Position numbers and translations under genes: made by a program
IMG/VR virus record: IMGVR_UViG_3300027769_000092
Location: 1 to 32,656 of that record
Reading direction: 5' to 3' (one strand)
Length of the DNA: 32,656 nucleotides
Source of the DNA: a virus
Lineage: Duplodnaviria > Caudoviricetes
The notes under the pieces: generated by a model
What the model was told of the DNA's origin: nothing
What the model saw: the letters and a program-made list of their open reading frames with translations, nothing else
Databases searched by the model: none
Shown: in pieces, positions 7,479 through 17,350 of the stretch
How the letters are laid out: each line of letters starts with the position of its first letter
How positions within the stretch are numbered: position 1 is the stretch's first letter

Positions 7479-8045
7479 ATGGACATGCTACAACTTTTTC
7501 AGTACATAGAAGACAACGGGTTAACACCTAATCAGTATTACTTATTATGGTCTATTAAACATAAGAGAGCACCTAAGCATATTAATAACATGCTTGAGAA
7601 ACGTCAACTTATTACAGCAGAACTAATAGACAGTTCATTTAGTATTACTGATAAAGGTAACGAGTTACTAAGTCTAATAGATACTCAGGTTATACCAGGT
7701 AAAGTGGTCATTAAATCATTTGATGTTGACCAATATCTAAATCTTTTTCCTAAGATTAAACTACCGTCAGGTAAACATGCTAGGATTAATAAGAAGGTAA
7801 TAACAGAAGCATTTAATTGGTTCTTTAAGAACTATGACTATGAATGGTCTATAGTTTTACAGGCAACTGGTGCATATGTAGATGAATATGAAAGCAAGAA
7901 TTACTTGTACATGCGTAACTCTCAGTACTTTATACGTAAACAAAACTCAGACAAAACGTGGGATTCTGAGTTAGCAAACTATTGTGACATGATTATCAAT
8001 GGTTTAGATAATATATCCCCTCATTTTTCAGAAACAGTAGTATGA
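7479..8045 (+). CDS. Putative replication initiator / helicase-loader-like protein
   Basis: N-terminal wHTH-like part (LTPNQY...ITDKG) plus LFPKIKLPSGKHAR domain; located upstream of dnaB. Confidence 0.5.
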   Translation: MDMLQLFQYIEDNGLTPNQYYLLWSIKHKRAPKHINNMLEKRQLITAELIDSSFSITDKGNELLSLIDTQVIPGKVVIKSFDVDQYLNLFPKIKLPSGKHARINKKVITEAFNWFFKNYDYEWSIVLQATGAYVDEYESKNYLYMRNSQYFIRKQNSDKTWDSELANYCDMIINGLDNISPHFSETVV

Positions 8046-8233
8046 TGACATATATAAAACGATTATTATTGTCGTGTGTCTTATCTATATTTTGCTGGTT
8101 AGTAATTAATAATTTAATTGTAGAGGTATCTTTTCTACGGTATTTATTTATAGAAATTCTCTTGCTTTTAAGCTTTAGTTTTTATAAATTTGCCATAGCT
8201 AGAACCAACTATCTCCCTAACATTAATGAATAA
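8042..8233 (+). CDS. Small two-TM membrane protein
   Basis: Two hydrophobic segments; overlaps both neighbours. Confidence 0.55.
   Translation: MMTYIKRLLLSCVLSIFCWLVINNLIVEVSFLRYLFIEILLLLSFSFYKFAIARTNYLPNINE
8162..8192 (+). promoter_or_regulatory. Bacteroidota primary-sigma promoter for dnaB block
   Basis: TTG (8162-8164), 20-nt spacer, TAAATTTG (8185-8192), 33 nt before the dnaB ATG. Confidence 0.65.
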
Positions 8234-9215
8234 ACAGCATCTTTGGAAAGATCAAAGACAGGGGTTTTCTGACTCCTTAAAGTACCTACAAGGTAGAATG
8301 CGTGGGGAAATTAGGAGTATAAAAACTCCATGGAACAAGTTTAATGATGCTACAACTGATGGTCTGGAATGGCACTCCATGACCGTCATAGGCGGCCGAC
8401 CTGGTAGTGGTAAAACTCTAATTAAAGACCAAATAGTTAGAGAGGCGTTTAACCTAAACCCTAATGAAAAATTTAGGGTATTAGAATTCCAGTTTGAGAT
8501 GTTAGCAAGAACATCTGCTATACGTGAATACTCTAGTGTACTTGGCAAATCATACAAGTATTTATGTAGTGCTGATGGTCAGTTAACTCCGGAAGACTTT
8601 AACATATGTCTTGCGCATGCACGGGAACGTGTAAAATATGCAATAGATATTGTTGAAGAACCCCTAACTGTAGGGGAATTCAAAGAGGTGGTCATAGATT
8701 ATATGAACACACATGCAGTAAAAAATGAAGATGGGTCAGTAGCATTTACTAATACTATAGTTACCCTGGATCACTCTCTTCTGTTAAAGAAGTCTTCATT
8801 TGAAAAAGACAAGTTTGATACCTTGTATAATCTGGGTGAGGCTATTACAGAACTTAAACGTAAGTTTCCTATAGCATTCATTATCCTTACCCAGTTAAAC
8901 CGGGGTATTGATAACCCAGAAAGAAACGAGGATGGTAAGTATGGAAACTATGTTCTTGAATCAGATATATTTGGTTCAGATGCATTACTTCAGCATGCTG
9001 ATACTCTTATTGGTATCAACCGACCAGCAAAACAAAAGATAAGATTCTATGGTCCTGACAGATTTATAATAGAGGACGACAAGGTGCTGGTGTTGCATTT
9101 CTTAAAATGCCGTAATGGTGACAACCGTATGAGTTTTTTCAAAGCACAGTTTGAAAGGATGCGCATAGCAGAAATGTCTACTCCTCCTCAGCAAGAAAAA
9201 AGAACAAAAATTTAA
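8226..9215 (+). CDS. dnaB: DnaB-like replicative helicase (RecA-like domain only)
   Basis: GGRPGSGKT, FEM, TLDH, LTQLNR, SDIFGSDALLQHAD, KCRNG. Confidence 0.9.
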   Translation: MNKQHLWKDQRQGFSDSLKYLQGRMRGEIRSIKTPWNKFNDATTDGLEWHSMTVIGGRPGSGKTLIKDQIVREAFNLNPNEKFRVLEFQFEMLARTSAIREYSSVLGKSYKYLCSADGQLTPEDFNICLAHARERVKYAIDIVEEPLTVGEFKEVVIDYMNTHAVKNEDGSVAFTNTIVTLDHSLLLKKSSFEKDKFDTLYNLGEAITELKRKFPIAFIILTQLNRGIDNPERNEDGKYGNYVLESDIFGSDALLQHADTLIGINRPAKQKIRFYGPDRFIIEDDKVLVLHFLKCRNGDNRMSFFKAQFERMRIAEMSTPPQQEKRTKI

Positions 9216-9221
9216 AAAAGT

Positions 9222-9740
9222 ATGAGCATTAAAAAAGATTATGCCATTGGAGAAGAAAAGAAAATGAAGGTTGCGGCCTTAAGGGAAAAACATCAACCAG
9301 TATTTGATGCACTAAATGTATCAGATGCCATATTCCATCCTAAGTTAGCATATAGACCATCTGATAAAGATGAGTATTATATGGCATTTTTTCCTAGTGA
9401 ATTTAGAAAATGTGAGGATATTTATACTGAGTTTGTCAGTGCTAAATGTGACTCAGAAGATGAGACTAGGACATTATGGAAATGGAGATTCAACCCACAT
9501 TGGGAAGAAGAATATGAGTACATTGATGCAGCCCCTGCAAGGTATTTAGTTCCTGTTAGTGAATTAGTTAAGGTAAATTCTCCTGTAACTCAGAAGATAT
9601 CACATCAACTAAGCATTGATGATATGATGGTTACTAATGAGGATGGTCCTATAACTGACCTAACTATCCGTGACTTAATAGCAATTTTACACAGAACTCC
9701 CGTAAGCAACAAAACCTGGTTAAACAATTTAATAAAATAA
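9222..9740 (+). CDS. Hypothetical protein in replication block
   Basis: 172-aa ORF; C-terminal LTIRDLIAILHRTPVSNKTWLN. Confidence 0.75.
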   Translation: MSIKKDYAIGEEKKMKVAALREKHQPVFDALNVSDAIFHPKLAYRPSDKDEYYMAFFPSEFRKCEDIYTEFVSAKCDSEDETRTLWKWRFNPHWEEEYEYIDAAPARYLVPVSELVKVNSPVTQKISHQLSIDDMMVTNEDGPITDLTIRDLIAILHRTPVSNKTWLNNLIK

Positions 9741-9741
9741 C

Positions 9742-10485
9742 ATGGAGATTATACTACCTACTAAGAAAGTTCCCGCGGAAAGTTCTAGTCCTAAAAACTT
9801 AATCATCTTTGCTAAACCAAAAACTGGTAAGACAAGTTTGTTAGCACAACTAGATAATTGCTTGATACTAGATCTTGAGAAAGGTTCTAAGTATCTAGAT
9901 GCAATGAAGGTTGAGGCTAATAGTATTGATGAGATAAAGCAAATAGGTAAGGCAATAAAAGAATCAGAACATAAGTATGATTATGTTGCCATTGACACCA
10001 TTACTGCATTAGAAGAAATGTGTGTACCTTATGCTGAAGAGTTATATATGAAGACTCCTATGGGTAAGAACTGGCTTATAGATGGTAAACCTAAATACGG
10101 TGGATTACTTAATCTTCCTAATGGTGCAGGTTATCCATACTTAAGAGAAGCATTTACTAAAGTTGTCAGTTTCATACAGACTTGGGCACCGAGAACTATA
10201 TTAGTAGGTCACGTAAAAGATACTATTCTTGACAAGAATGGGTCTGAATTTAGTGCATTAGATTTAGATTTGACAGGTAAATTAAAACGTATTACTGCGT
10301 CAAACTCTGACTCTATTGGCTATCTTTACCGCAAAGGTAAAAAGAATATTATAAGTTTTAAGACATCAGATGAAGTAGCATGTGGCGCTAGACCATCTCA
10401 CCTTAGTAATAAGGAGATTGTGTTATCTGAAATGGATGAAGACGGTAATATTACAACACACTGGAATAAAATATACATAGATTAA
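9742..10485 (+). CDS. AAA_24 / Sak4-like ATPase (recombination)
   Basis: AKPKTGKT, LILDLEKG, VAIDT, LVGH, SDSIGY. Confidence 0.8.
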   Translation: MEIILPTKKVPAESSSPKNLIIFAKPKTGKTSLLAQLDNCLILDLEKGSKYLDAMKVEANSIDEIKQIGKAIKESEHKYDYVAIDTITALEEMCVPYAEELYMKTPMGKNWLIDGKPKYGGLLNLPNGAGYPYLREAFTKVVSFIQTWAPRTILVGHVKDTILDKNGSEFSALDLDLTGKLKRITASNSDSIGYLYRKGKKNIISFKTSDEVACGARPSHLSNKEIVLSEMDEDGNITTHWNKIYID

Positions 10486-10497
10486 AATTAGAAAAAA

Positions 10498-11184
10498 ATG
10501 ATTAGTAGTAAAGATTTAGGTTCAAATGATGGACCATCAGTATCCAAGACATTAAGTCCTGGTCAACACGTATGCAAGATTAACAAGATTACTCTTGATG
10601 TACCAACCTTTAACAAAGATGCATTGAATTTAGTATTACATGTAGAATCAGAACCAATGGGTGATGACTTTGAAGGTTTCTTTATTGATAAAGATAACCC
10701 AGAGAAGGGTCGCTATGAGGGTCAGGTTGGTCGTGTTAAAACTTCCGAGTATGCATACTCTGATGGTGTAACTAAAAGTGGTATTAAGGTATCTCGTGAT
10801 AATGATATTGTCCGTGTTATCAAAACCATCTGTTCAGTTACAAAATCATTGAGCTGGTTAGAAGCAAATGATAACAAGCATGAAACTATTCATGAATATG
10901 TAGAGGCATTTGCTAGTGATGCTCCTTTCAAAGATAAGTTCATTAAACTATGTATTGGTGGCAAAGAATATCTTAACAAAGAAGGATACATAAACCATGA
11001 CTTGCATTTGGTTCGTACACAAAGAGGCACATTTAATATGGAGGCAGCTGATGTACATGAAGATCATAGCAAGTTAGTTAAATATGATCCAGATACTCAC
11101 ATCAAGAAGAAGAAGACTGATGTTGATTCATTTGGAGGAAACGTACCAACATCATCGTCAGTTAGTTCTGACTTTGATTTGTAA
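10498..11184 (+). CDS. Putative single-stranded DNA-binding protein
   Basis: Follows Sak4-like gene; LSPGQHVCKI beta-rich core; flexible tail ending SDFDL. Confidence 0.55.
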   Translation: MISSKDLGSNDGPSVSKTLSPGQHVCKINKITLDVPTFNKDALNLVLHVESEPMGDDFEGFFIDKDNPEKGRYEGQVGRVKTSEYAYSDGVTKSGIKVSRDNDIVRVIKTICSVTKSLSWLEANDNKHETIHEYVEAFASDAPFKDKFIKLCIGGKEYLNKEGYINHDLHLVRTQRGTFNMEAADVHEDHSKLVKYDPDTHIKKKKTDVDSFGGNVPTSSSVSSDFDL

Positions 11185-11203
11185 AGATTAACCAATAACC
11201 GAT

Positions 11204-11238
11204 GTAATGGGGGGTGTAAAAAGCCCCCTTTTACTTTA
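11204..11238 (+). terminator. Rho-independent terminator
   Basis: GGGGGT-GTAAAAA-GCCCCC stem-loop followed by TTTTACTTT. Confidence 0.8.
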
Positions 11239-11246
11239 CTAAACAT

Positions 11247-12224
11247 ATGATAAATTCTAGTTCTACTATTGTTGATATTAAGGATATTCCTACTACATGG
11301 ATATTTGAGTATTACGGAAATCTTTCAGAGAAACTTGTTGGACAGGATGTAAAAATAAAATCATTGTTTAATCCTGATGAAAGAACTCCTAGTTTCTGTA
11401 TATATGTAGTAAGTAATTATTATAGATTTAAAGATTTCTCTTCAGGTAAACACGGTACAGCCGAACAGTTTGTTCAGCAGTTGTACGGTATATCATATGG
11501 AGATGCTGTAAATAAAATTATATCTGATTACTCTAGATATCTTAGTGGTGGTAAAATAACTACGGATATAGATTCATTTAAGAAGCAGGCAAAGTATAGA
11601 ATCACGGGATTTACTAAAAGGTCATGGACTATATATGATGCAGACTATTGGACTAAGTACAATATAAGTTCTGCCATTCTGAATTATTATAATGTTATAC
11701 CTGTAAGTAAAGTTGTAATGGAGAAAGAGGAAGATAATCTGGAGAGTAGACTGGATATGACATTACACATGTCTTATCTATACACTAGAGCAGATGGTAC
11801 ACCTTATCAGTTATACAGTCCTCTATCTACAACTAAAAAGTTTTTGAAGGTAAAGAATTATATACAGGGTACAGATCAGTTAAAGTTTGAGAAACCGAAT
11901 CTTATTATAACAAGTTCATTAAAAGACATGATGTGCTTGTCTACTTTTGGATTTAACGCAGAGTATGTTGCTCCTACTAGTGAGACAGCAGTCTTACCTA
12001 CCGGGGTTATGTCAATGTACAAAGCCAAGTATGAAAATATAATTACTCTATTTGATAATGATGATGCCGGTAAAGCAGCTGCATTAAAATATAAAGTTCT
12101 ATATGACGTACCGTCTGTTATATTACCATTAAGTAAGGATCCATCAGATTCTGTAAAAGATTTTGGTCTGGAAAAAACAAGAGAGGTATTATATCCTCTA
12201 CTAAAAGAAGCAATAAACAAATGA
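11247..12224 (+). CDS. dnaG: DNA primase (TOPRIM), crAss-like type
   Basis: SLFNPDERTPSF...FKDFSSG N-terminal domain; LIITSSLKD; LFDNDDAG; KDPSD. Confidence 0.85.
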   Translation: MINSSSTIVDIKDIPTTWIFEYYGNLSEKLVGQDVKIKSLFNPDERTPSFCIYVVSNYYRFKDFSSGKHGTAEQFVQQLYGISYGDAVNKIISDYSRYLSGGKITTDIDSFKKQAKYRITGFTKRSWTIYDADYWTKYNISSAILNYYNVIPVSKVVMEKEEDNLESRLDMTLHMSYLYTRADGTPYQLYSPLSTTKKFLKVKNYIQGTDQLKFEKPNLIITSSLKDMMCLSTFGFNAEYVAPTSETAVLPTGVMSMYKAKYENIITLFDNDDAGKAAALKYKVLYDVPSVILPLSKDPSDSVKDFGLEKTREVLYPLLKEAINK

Positions 12225-12643
12225 GTTGGATCTACAAGAATCAGGTATTTACACCTGATATGATTCCTGAAGGTGCTGTAGGTTTTGTATATGAAATGAC
12301 AGCTATCATAGATGGAAAGTCTTATGCGTATATTGGTAAGAAGAACTTTCATAGAGTTACTAAGAAGAAACTTACCAAGAAGAATACTCCGGCAGACAGA
12401 CGTAAAAAGAATTATGAACGTGTTGCTAAACTTGCATATGAGGATTACTTTAGTAGTAATGCTACGTTAAAAGAAGCACACAAGGATAAGGTTCCTATCA
12501 AGAGGAATATCCTGCAGATATGTTACTCTAAGACAGAGTTAACTTATATGGAAACAAAGTATCAATTTGTCAAGGGTGTACTAGAATCAGACTTGTATCT
12601 GAATGGTAATATCCTAGGACGTTTTTATAAACTTAAAAAATAA
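12221..12643 (+). CDS. GIY-YIG endonuclease (Seg-like)
   Basis: GFVY...AYIGKK, YFSS, LTYME, YLNGNI. Confidence 0.8.
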   Translation: MSWIYKNQVFTPDMIPEGAVGFVYEMTAIIDGKSYAYIGKKNFHRVTKKKLTKKNTPADRRKKNYERVAKLAYEDYFSSNATLKEAHKDKVPIKRNILQICYSKTELTYMETKYQFVKGVLESDLYLNGNILGRFYKLKK

Positions 12644-12647
12644 AATC

Positions 12648-13004
12648 ATGAGTGTATTTGATGATGAATTAGAAAGAGTAGCATTTATATCTTCTCTTAA
12701 AAACCTGGGTATAACCGAACTTGTTGGTGAATATGATGGTAGTGGAGATAGTGGTTCAATAGAAAGTATATACTGTGAAGATAAAGATGGCAATACTATA
12801 AGTATAGATAGTGAGATTGAATCTAAGGTAGAAGAAATGCTTTATAATGTTCTTAGTGATGACTACCAGTATGATTGGTATAACAATGATGGTGGTTATG
12901 GTACAGTAAGAATAAATATTGAAGATAAGACCTGGAATGTAGATGGTGCTATAAGAACTATACAAGAGGCTTGCTCATCAGGTGACTATGGCACATCCGA
13001 ATGA
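12648..13004 (+). CDS. DUF6878-like acidic protein
   Basis: YDGSGDSGSI and WYNNDGGYG motifs. Confidence 0.75.
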   Translation: MSVFDDELERVAFISSLKNLGITELVGEYDGSGDSGSIESIYCEDKDGNTISIDSEIESKVEEMLYNVLSDDYQYDWYNNDGGYGTVRINIEDKTWNVDGAIRTIQEACSSGDYGTSE

Positions 13005-13335
13005 ACATGCTAAATCATCCGCTAGAAGGTGGGGTGGTGAACTATCAGATTACACACATATACATAACTGGTTTGATGAGACTAAATCATGGGTAGGTCA
13101 CAGTGACCACCGAATGTTCCGTCATCACAGTGAAGGTATATTTGAAGCTGAAAAGATCTTTGGAGTAAGTTTTGTAAACTCAGCAGGTAAAACTGTATAC
13201 ACCAGATATGTAGGTGAACAACATGTAAAAGAAGATTGCAACGGTTATATACCAAGTGCAAAAGAATGGGTCAAAGCAGTTAGTGGTAATGAACACCCTC
13301 TGTGGAGAATTAAAACATTAAAAATAGAAGACTAA
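12988..13335 (+). CDS. DUF6915-like His-rich protein
   Basis: MAHP..HA.SS..RWGG...Y..IH.WFDETK...HR..RHHSEGIF...GEQHVKED. Confidence 0.8.
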   Translation: MAHPNEHAKSSARRWGGELSDYTHIHNWFDETKSWVGHSDHRMFRHHSEGIFEAEKIFGVSFVNSAGKTVYTRYVGEQHVKEDCNGYIPSAKEWVKAVSGNEHPLWRIKTLKIED

Positions 13336-13820
13336 TGACAAAGAACATTCAAGAAAGTATTATCCTATCAGATAGTACTTATGAAAGAGTATTAGGGATG
13401 CTAACAAGTCCTGATAAAGAAAGTGTATATATTGGTGTAAGTATTATAGAAGCAGTAGACTTGGAAGAAAACCTTCCGTATATCTTGTTGCTTGCAAAAG
13501 ACTGTAGTAAAAGTAACTGTAATCATGATCCTTTTAAGAATGATGTAACAACTCCTGATGATCAGGATGTTATAAGACATAATTCCTTTAGTCCATCTAT
13601 CATGAACTATGTAAATGATTGTGCTAATGATAAAGGACATCTTAACTTTAATAGTATGTATAATGTTATTAAGAAGAACACTAAGACTAGTCCCGCAGCA
13701 ATGCAGTTTTTCCTAGATAAGTTTTCTGCGTCGTTACAAGAACATTTATTAACCTGGGGTTTTGACTTTGTAGAAGAGATGAACCTTAAATTAATTCCAA
13801 AATATGTTAAACAATCATGA
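13335..13820 (+). CDS. Stand-alone helical 'X-domain' protein
   Basis: N-terminus aligns with C-terminal domains of the 16199 and 17328 ORFs. Confidence 0.7.
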   Translation: MTKNIQESIILSDSTYERVLGMLTSPDKESVYIGVSIIEAVDLEENLPYILLLAKDCSKSNCNHDPFKNDVTTPDDQDVIRHNSFSPSIMNYVNDCANDKGHLNFNSMYNVIKKNTKTSPAAMQFFLDKFSASLQEHLLTWGFDFVEEMNLKLIPKYVKQS

Positions 13821-14997
13821 CAGTCTAGCAAGGACAAGTAAAGAACTTATGTTGAAAGAACCATTCTATGGTCTCCTTCTACTAAGTTTGAATAAGCAAT
13901 GGGACAAACGTGTACCTACTGCTGGTGTAAGTAAGAATGGTGTTAACTTCCAACTTACTATTAACGAAGACTTCTGGAACTCTCTTAGTGATAATCACAA
14001 GAGAGGTCTTCTGAAGCATGAGTTATTGCATATAGGTTTCTTCCACATCCAGTGTCAAGATGAATTTCAAAATAAGAAAGTAGCAAACATTGCTATGGAC
14101 ATTGAGATTAATCAGTACATAGATGAAGATGATTTACCTGAAGGTGGTTGTACTCTAGAGTCATTTGCTGAATATAATCTACCACCTAAAGCAGGTTGTA
14201 GAGAGTATTACAAACTCTTGATGCAGGCAAAAGAACAAGAAGAACAATCTGGTTCTGGTGGAAAGATCTCTGATATGGCAGGTATGGATGACGGTGAACA
14301 ACATGGTAGTGGTACTAATGTTCCAGATCATGGTACATGGAAAGACTTTGAAGATCTATCTGAAGCAGAGAAGAAATTACTTGAGTCTCAGACAGCACAT
14401 ATCTTAAAAGAAATTGCAGATTCTGTAGAGAAATCTAGGGGTATTATTCCCGGAGAGTTTAAAGGTATCTTAGAAAGACTACGTCATGTAGAACCACCTA
14501 AGTTTGACTGGCGTAGTTATGTCAGAAGATTTGCAGGTGGTGCTAAAGAAGTATTCACTAAGAAACTTAGACGTAAAGACAACAAGAGGTTTGAAGAGAA
14601 CCCTGGTCTTAAGATTAAAAATAAGAGACACTTGTTGGTTGCTATAGATACTAGTGGTTCTGTAAGTGATAAAGAAGTTAAGGAGTTCCTTAACGAGATA
14701 CATCACATACATAAAACTGGTAGTGAGGTAACTATCTTACAATGTGATACTACTATACGTAGCATTGAGAAGTACAAACCTAATGAAGATATTACTCTTC
14801 ATGGTAGAGGTGGTACTGACTTTGATCCTGTGTTAGAGTATTACAATGAAAATCAAAGAAAGTATACGTGCTTATTCTATCTCACAGATGGTGAATGTAG
14901 CACTGATGTAAAACCAAAAGGTAAAATGTTGTGGGTAATATCTACCCGTGGTGAAATTAATAAGGGTCTTCCTGGACCACAGATAAAGTTAAATTAA
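13804..14997 (+). CDS. Metallopeptidase-like plus VWA protein (DUF2201_N + DUF2201)
   Basis: EPFYG, PTAGV, KHELLH (HExxH), NIAMDIEIN; MIDAS DTSGS, GRGGTDF, LTDG. Confidence 0.9.
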   Translation: MLNNHDSLARTSKELMLKEPFYGLLLLSLNKQWDKRVPTAGVSKNGVNFQLTINEDFWNSLSDNHKRGLLKHELLHIGFFHIQCQDEFQNKKVANIAMDIEINQYIDEDDLPEGGCTLESFAEYNLPPKAGCREYYKLLMQAKEQEEQSGSGGKISDMAGMDDGEQHGSGTNVPDHGTWKDFEDLSEAEKKLLESQTAHILKEIADSVEKSRGIIPGEFKGILERLRHVEPPKFDWRSYVRRFAGGAKEVFTKKLRRKDNKRFEENPGLKIKNKRHLLVAIDTSGSVSDKEVKEFLNEIHHIHKTGSEVTILQCDTTIRSIEKYKPNEDITLHGRGGTDFDPVLEYYNENQRKYTCLFYLTDGECSTDVKPKGKMLWVISTRGEINKGLPGPQIKLN

Positions 14998-15011
14998 AAA
15001 ACTAAAAGAAA

Positions 15012-16199
15012 ATGGCAAAGCAAGTTCAGTTAAACACAGATGAGTTAAAGCAATTCGTAACACACGTTGTAAATAATAATAAGTATCTACAAGAAAACGG
15101 GAAGATTCCTGTTGCTGTAAATATTGAGGGTGAAGCAGGTATTGGTAAGACAAGTACTATCTTACAGTATGCTAATGAGAACAACCTTCATTTTGTAAAA
15201 TTATCCTTAAGTCAACTAGAAGAATTAGGTGACTTAGTAGGTTTTCCAGTCAAGGAATTTGAAGTAGCAAAGACTACAGAAGACGGCAAACGTATTGCTA
15301 AATGGATTCCTGAGAACATCATGCCATTGTATATTCAGCAGAAGTATGTTCCTACTGGTGAGAAACGTATGACACATGCACAACCAGAATGGATTCAAGG
15401 TAAGGGAGAAAACGGTCTCTTGATTCTTGATGACTATACTCGTGCTGATGCTAGATTCATGCAGGCTACTATGGAAATCATTGACCGTCAGGAATATGTA
15501 TCATGGAAGTTACCTAAAGGTTGGACTGTTATCTTAACTAGTAATCCAGACAATGGTGACTATCAGGTAACATCTTTGGATGAGGCACAGAAGACTCGTT
15601 TCATCACAAGTTATTTGAAGTTTGATATGGACTGTTGGGCAAGATGGGCAGAGGAGAATGAGATAGATACTCGTTGTATTAACTTTATGTTGTTACATCC
15701 TGAGTTGACGGAGAAACGTGCCAATGCTCGTAGTTTTACTACATTCTTTAACTCTATCTCTAGTCTAGATAGTTTTGAAGAAAGCCTTCCTATTATTCAG
15801 ATGATTGGTGAAGGTTCTGTAGGTGGTGAGTTTGCTACTATGTTTACTATGTTCATTAACAACAAGTTAGATAAGTTGGTAACTCCTAAAGATGTATTGA
15901 CTAACAACAGTTGGGAGTACATCAAAGGACAACTTAAGTCTTGTATTGGTGAAGGTAACAGCTACCGTGCAGACATTGCTAGTTTGATGACTACACGTCT
16001 TATCAACTATGCAGTGCACTATAGTAATAACAACACAGTTACTCAGCCATTAATTGACCGTGTTACTAACTTGATTACTGATGATATCTTCAGCAATGAC
16101 CTTAAGTATTATATCGTTAAGGGTATCCTTAATGGTAACAAACAGAAGTGGTCTAAGTTGATGTTGAACCCAGAGGTAATCAAAATGACCGTAAAATAA
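15012..16199 (+). CDS. MoxR/dynein-related AAA+ ATPase
   Basis: GEAGIGKT, DLVGFP, PEW, LLILDDYTRA, LTSNP, LDEAQKTRF, NARS. Confidence 0.9.
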   Translation: MAKQVQLNTDELKQFVTHVVNNNKYLQENGKIPVAVNIEGEAGIGKTSTILQYANENNLHFVKLSLSQLEELGDLVGFPVKEFEVAKTTEDGKRIAKWIPENIMPLYIQQKYVPTGEKRMTHAQPEWIQGKGENGLLILDDYTRADARFMQATMEIIDRQEYVSWKLPKGWTVILTSNPDNGDYQVTSLDEAQKTRFITSYLKFDMDCWARWAEENEIDTRCINFMLLHPELTEKRANARSFTTFFNSISSLDSFEESLPIIQMIGEGSVGGEFATMFTMFINNKLDKLVTPKDVLTNNSWEYIKGQLKSCIGEGNSYRADIASLMTTRLINYAVHYSNNNTVTQPLIDRVTNLITDDIFSNDLKYYIVKGILNGNKQKWSKLMLNPEVIKMTVK

Positions 16200-17350
16200 T
16201 GCAAAACAACATTAGTAGTATTTTAGAAGACTCTACTTTACCAAGCAAACTAAAATTTGTAGAAGGATCCTTTAAATATGTTTACATGTTTTATCCTGAT
16301 GCCTTTAGTAGTGCTATTGGTGTAACAGAGTTGTATAAGATCTCTATGGAAAGTAGGAATAAAATAGCATCACTCCTGAAAGGGAGTGGTGCTTATACTC
16401 CTGTTTCTGGAGATAAGATTTATTTATTACCAGACTCTAAGATACCTAGTTATAAAATCAAAGAGTATTGTAAAACATCTGGTATGACCGTTACTAGTAA
16501 CATAGAAAAAGCTACTGTTATCCTAGGTACTGAACAGAATATTCTAGATGAATCATACTATGACATCAATAAGAATCAGTATCCCAATGGATGTATTGTA
16601 GGTGAACACTATTCTAGTCAGGTAGCATATAACCAAACCCTTGTAGATTTTATAAAGAATAAGAATACGTTTACTGTATTACCTACTACTGGTATAGATT
16701 ATCATGACTGGTTAAAGCAAGATGATACTATTATAGTAACAAGAGCATTAGCATCTCACTACAGTAAATCTGCTTATACTGATAACATGGAAGATCCTAC
16801 TACACAGTGGGCTCTTAATGCAGAGAGTCTTACTCTTGTATATAATATTCTATCTAAGAAAGTACCAGTAATATCACAAGAACATTTTATTGAGACTTGT
16901 GGTAATCAAGTAATACTAGATGATGATATGTATAATAGTTTAGATATGATGTTTAGTAGTCCTTCTAAAGAGGATCATCTAACAGCATCTAAGATTCTAT
17001 TCAACTGTAATACTAAGAATTCTAAGTATCATGTATGGAGACTAGCTATGAACCATAGATACCGTATAGATACTTCTGAAAATAACAGACTTAAAGAAGC
17101 TAAACTATTTAAGACCTTAGTAGCCTGGGATGTTATACAAAGCATGGATGAAAGTGAAATAGTAACCTATCTTGCAAAAAATGGACAATTACTAGAAGAG
17201 ACATATAATAAACTTATGTCTAGTATTCTAGCTTCTGAAAAAGATGATGCTGAGAGAAGATTGGATCTTACTCATGTAAACATCCAGGTAACCCCAAAGT
17301 ATAATTACGAAGAATTCATTAAACCTTATGGTCAACAAAATTCAAATTAA
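16199..17350 (+). CDS. Split-BRCT-like plus X-domain protein, paralogue 1
   Basis: GDKIYLLP...KIKEYCKTSGMTVTSNIEKATVIL ... KVPVISQEHF, then shared helical domain. Confidence 0.65.
   Translation: MQNNISSILEDSTLPSKLKFVEGSFKYVYMFYPDAFSSAIGVTELYKISMESRNKIASLLKGSGAYTPVSGDKIYLLPDSKIPSYKIKEYCKTSGMTVTSNIEKATVILGTEQNILDESYYDINKNQYPNGCIVGEHYSSQVAYNQTLVDFIKNKNTFTVLPTTGIDYHDWLKQDDTIIVTRALASHYSKSAYTDNMEDPTTQWALNAESLTLVYNILSKKVPVISQEHFIETCGNQVILDDDMYNSLDMMFSSPSKEDHLTASKILFNCNTKNSKYHVWRLAMNHRYRIDTSENNRLKEAKLFKTLVAWDVIQSMDESEIVTYLAKNGQLLEETYNKLMSSILASEKDDAERRLDLTHVNIQVTPKYNYEEFIKPYGQQNSN

Noticed and set aside
12221-12643. GIY-YIG gene as an intron-encoded mobile element
   Set aside because: Neighbouring genes are intact and there is no flanking non-coding sequence for an intron
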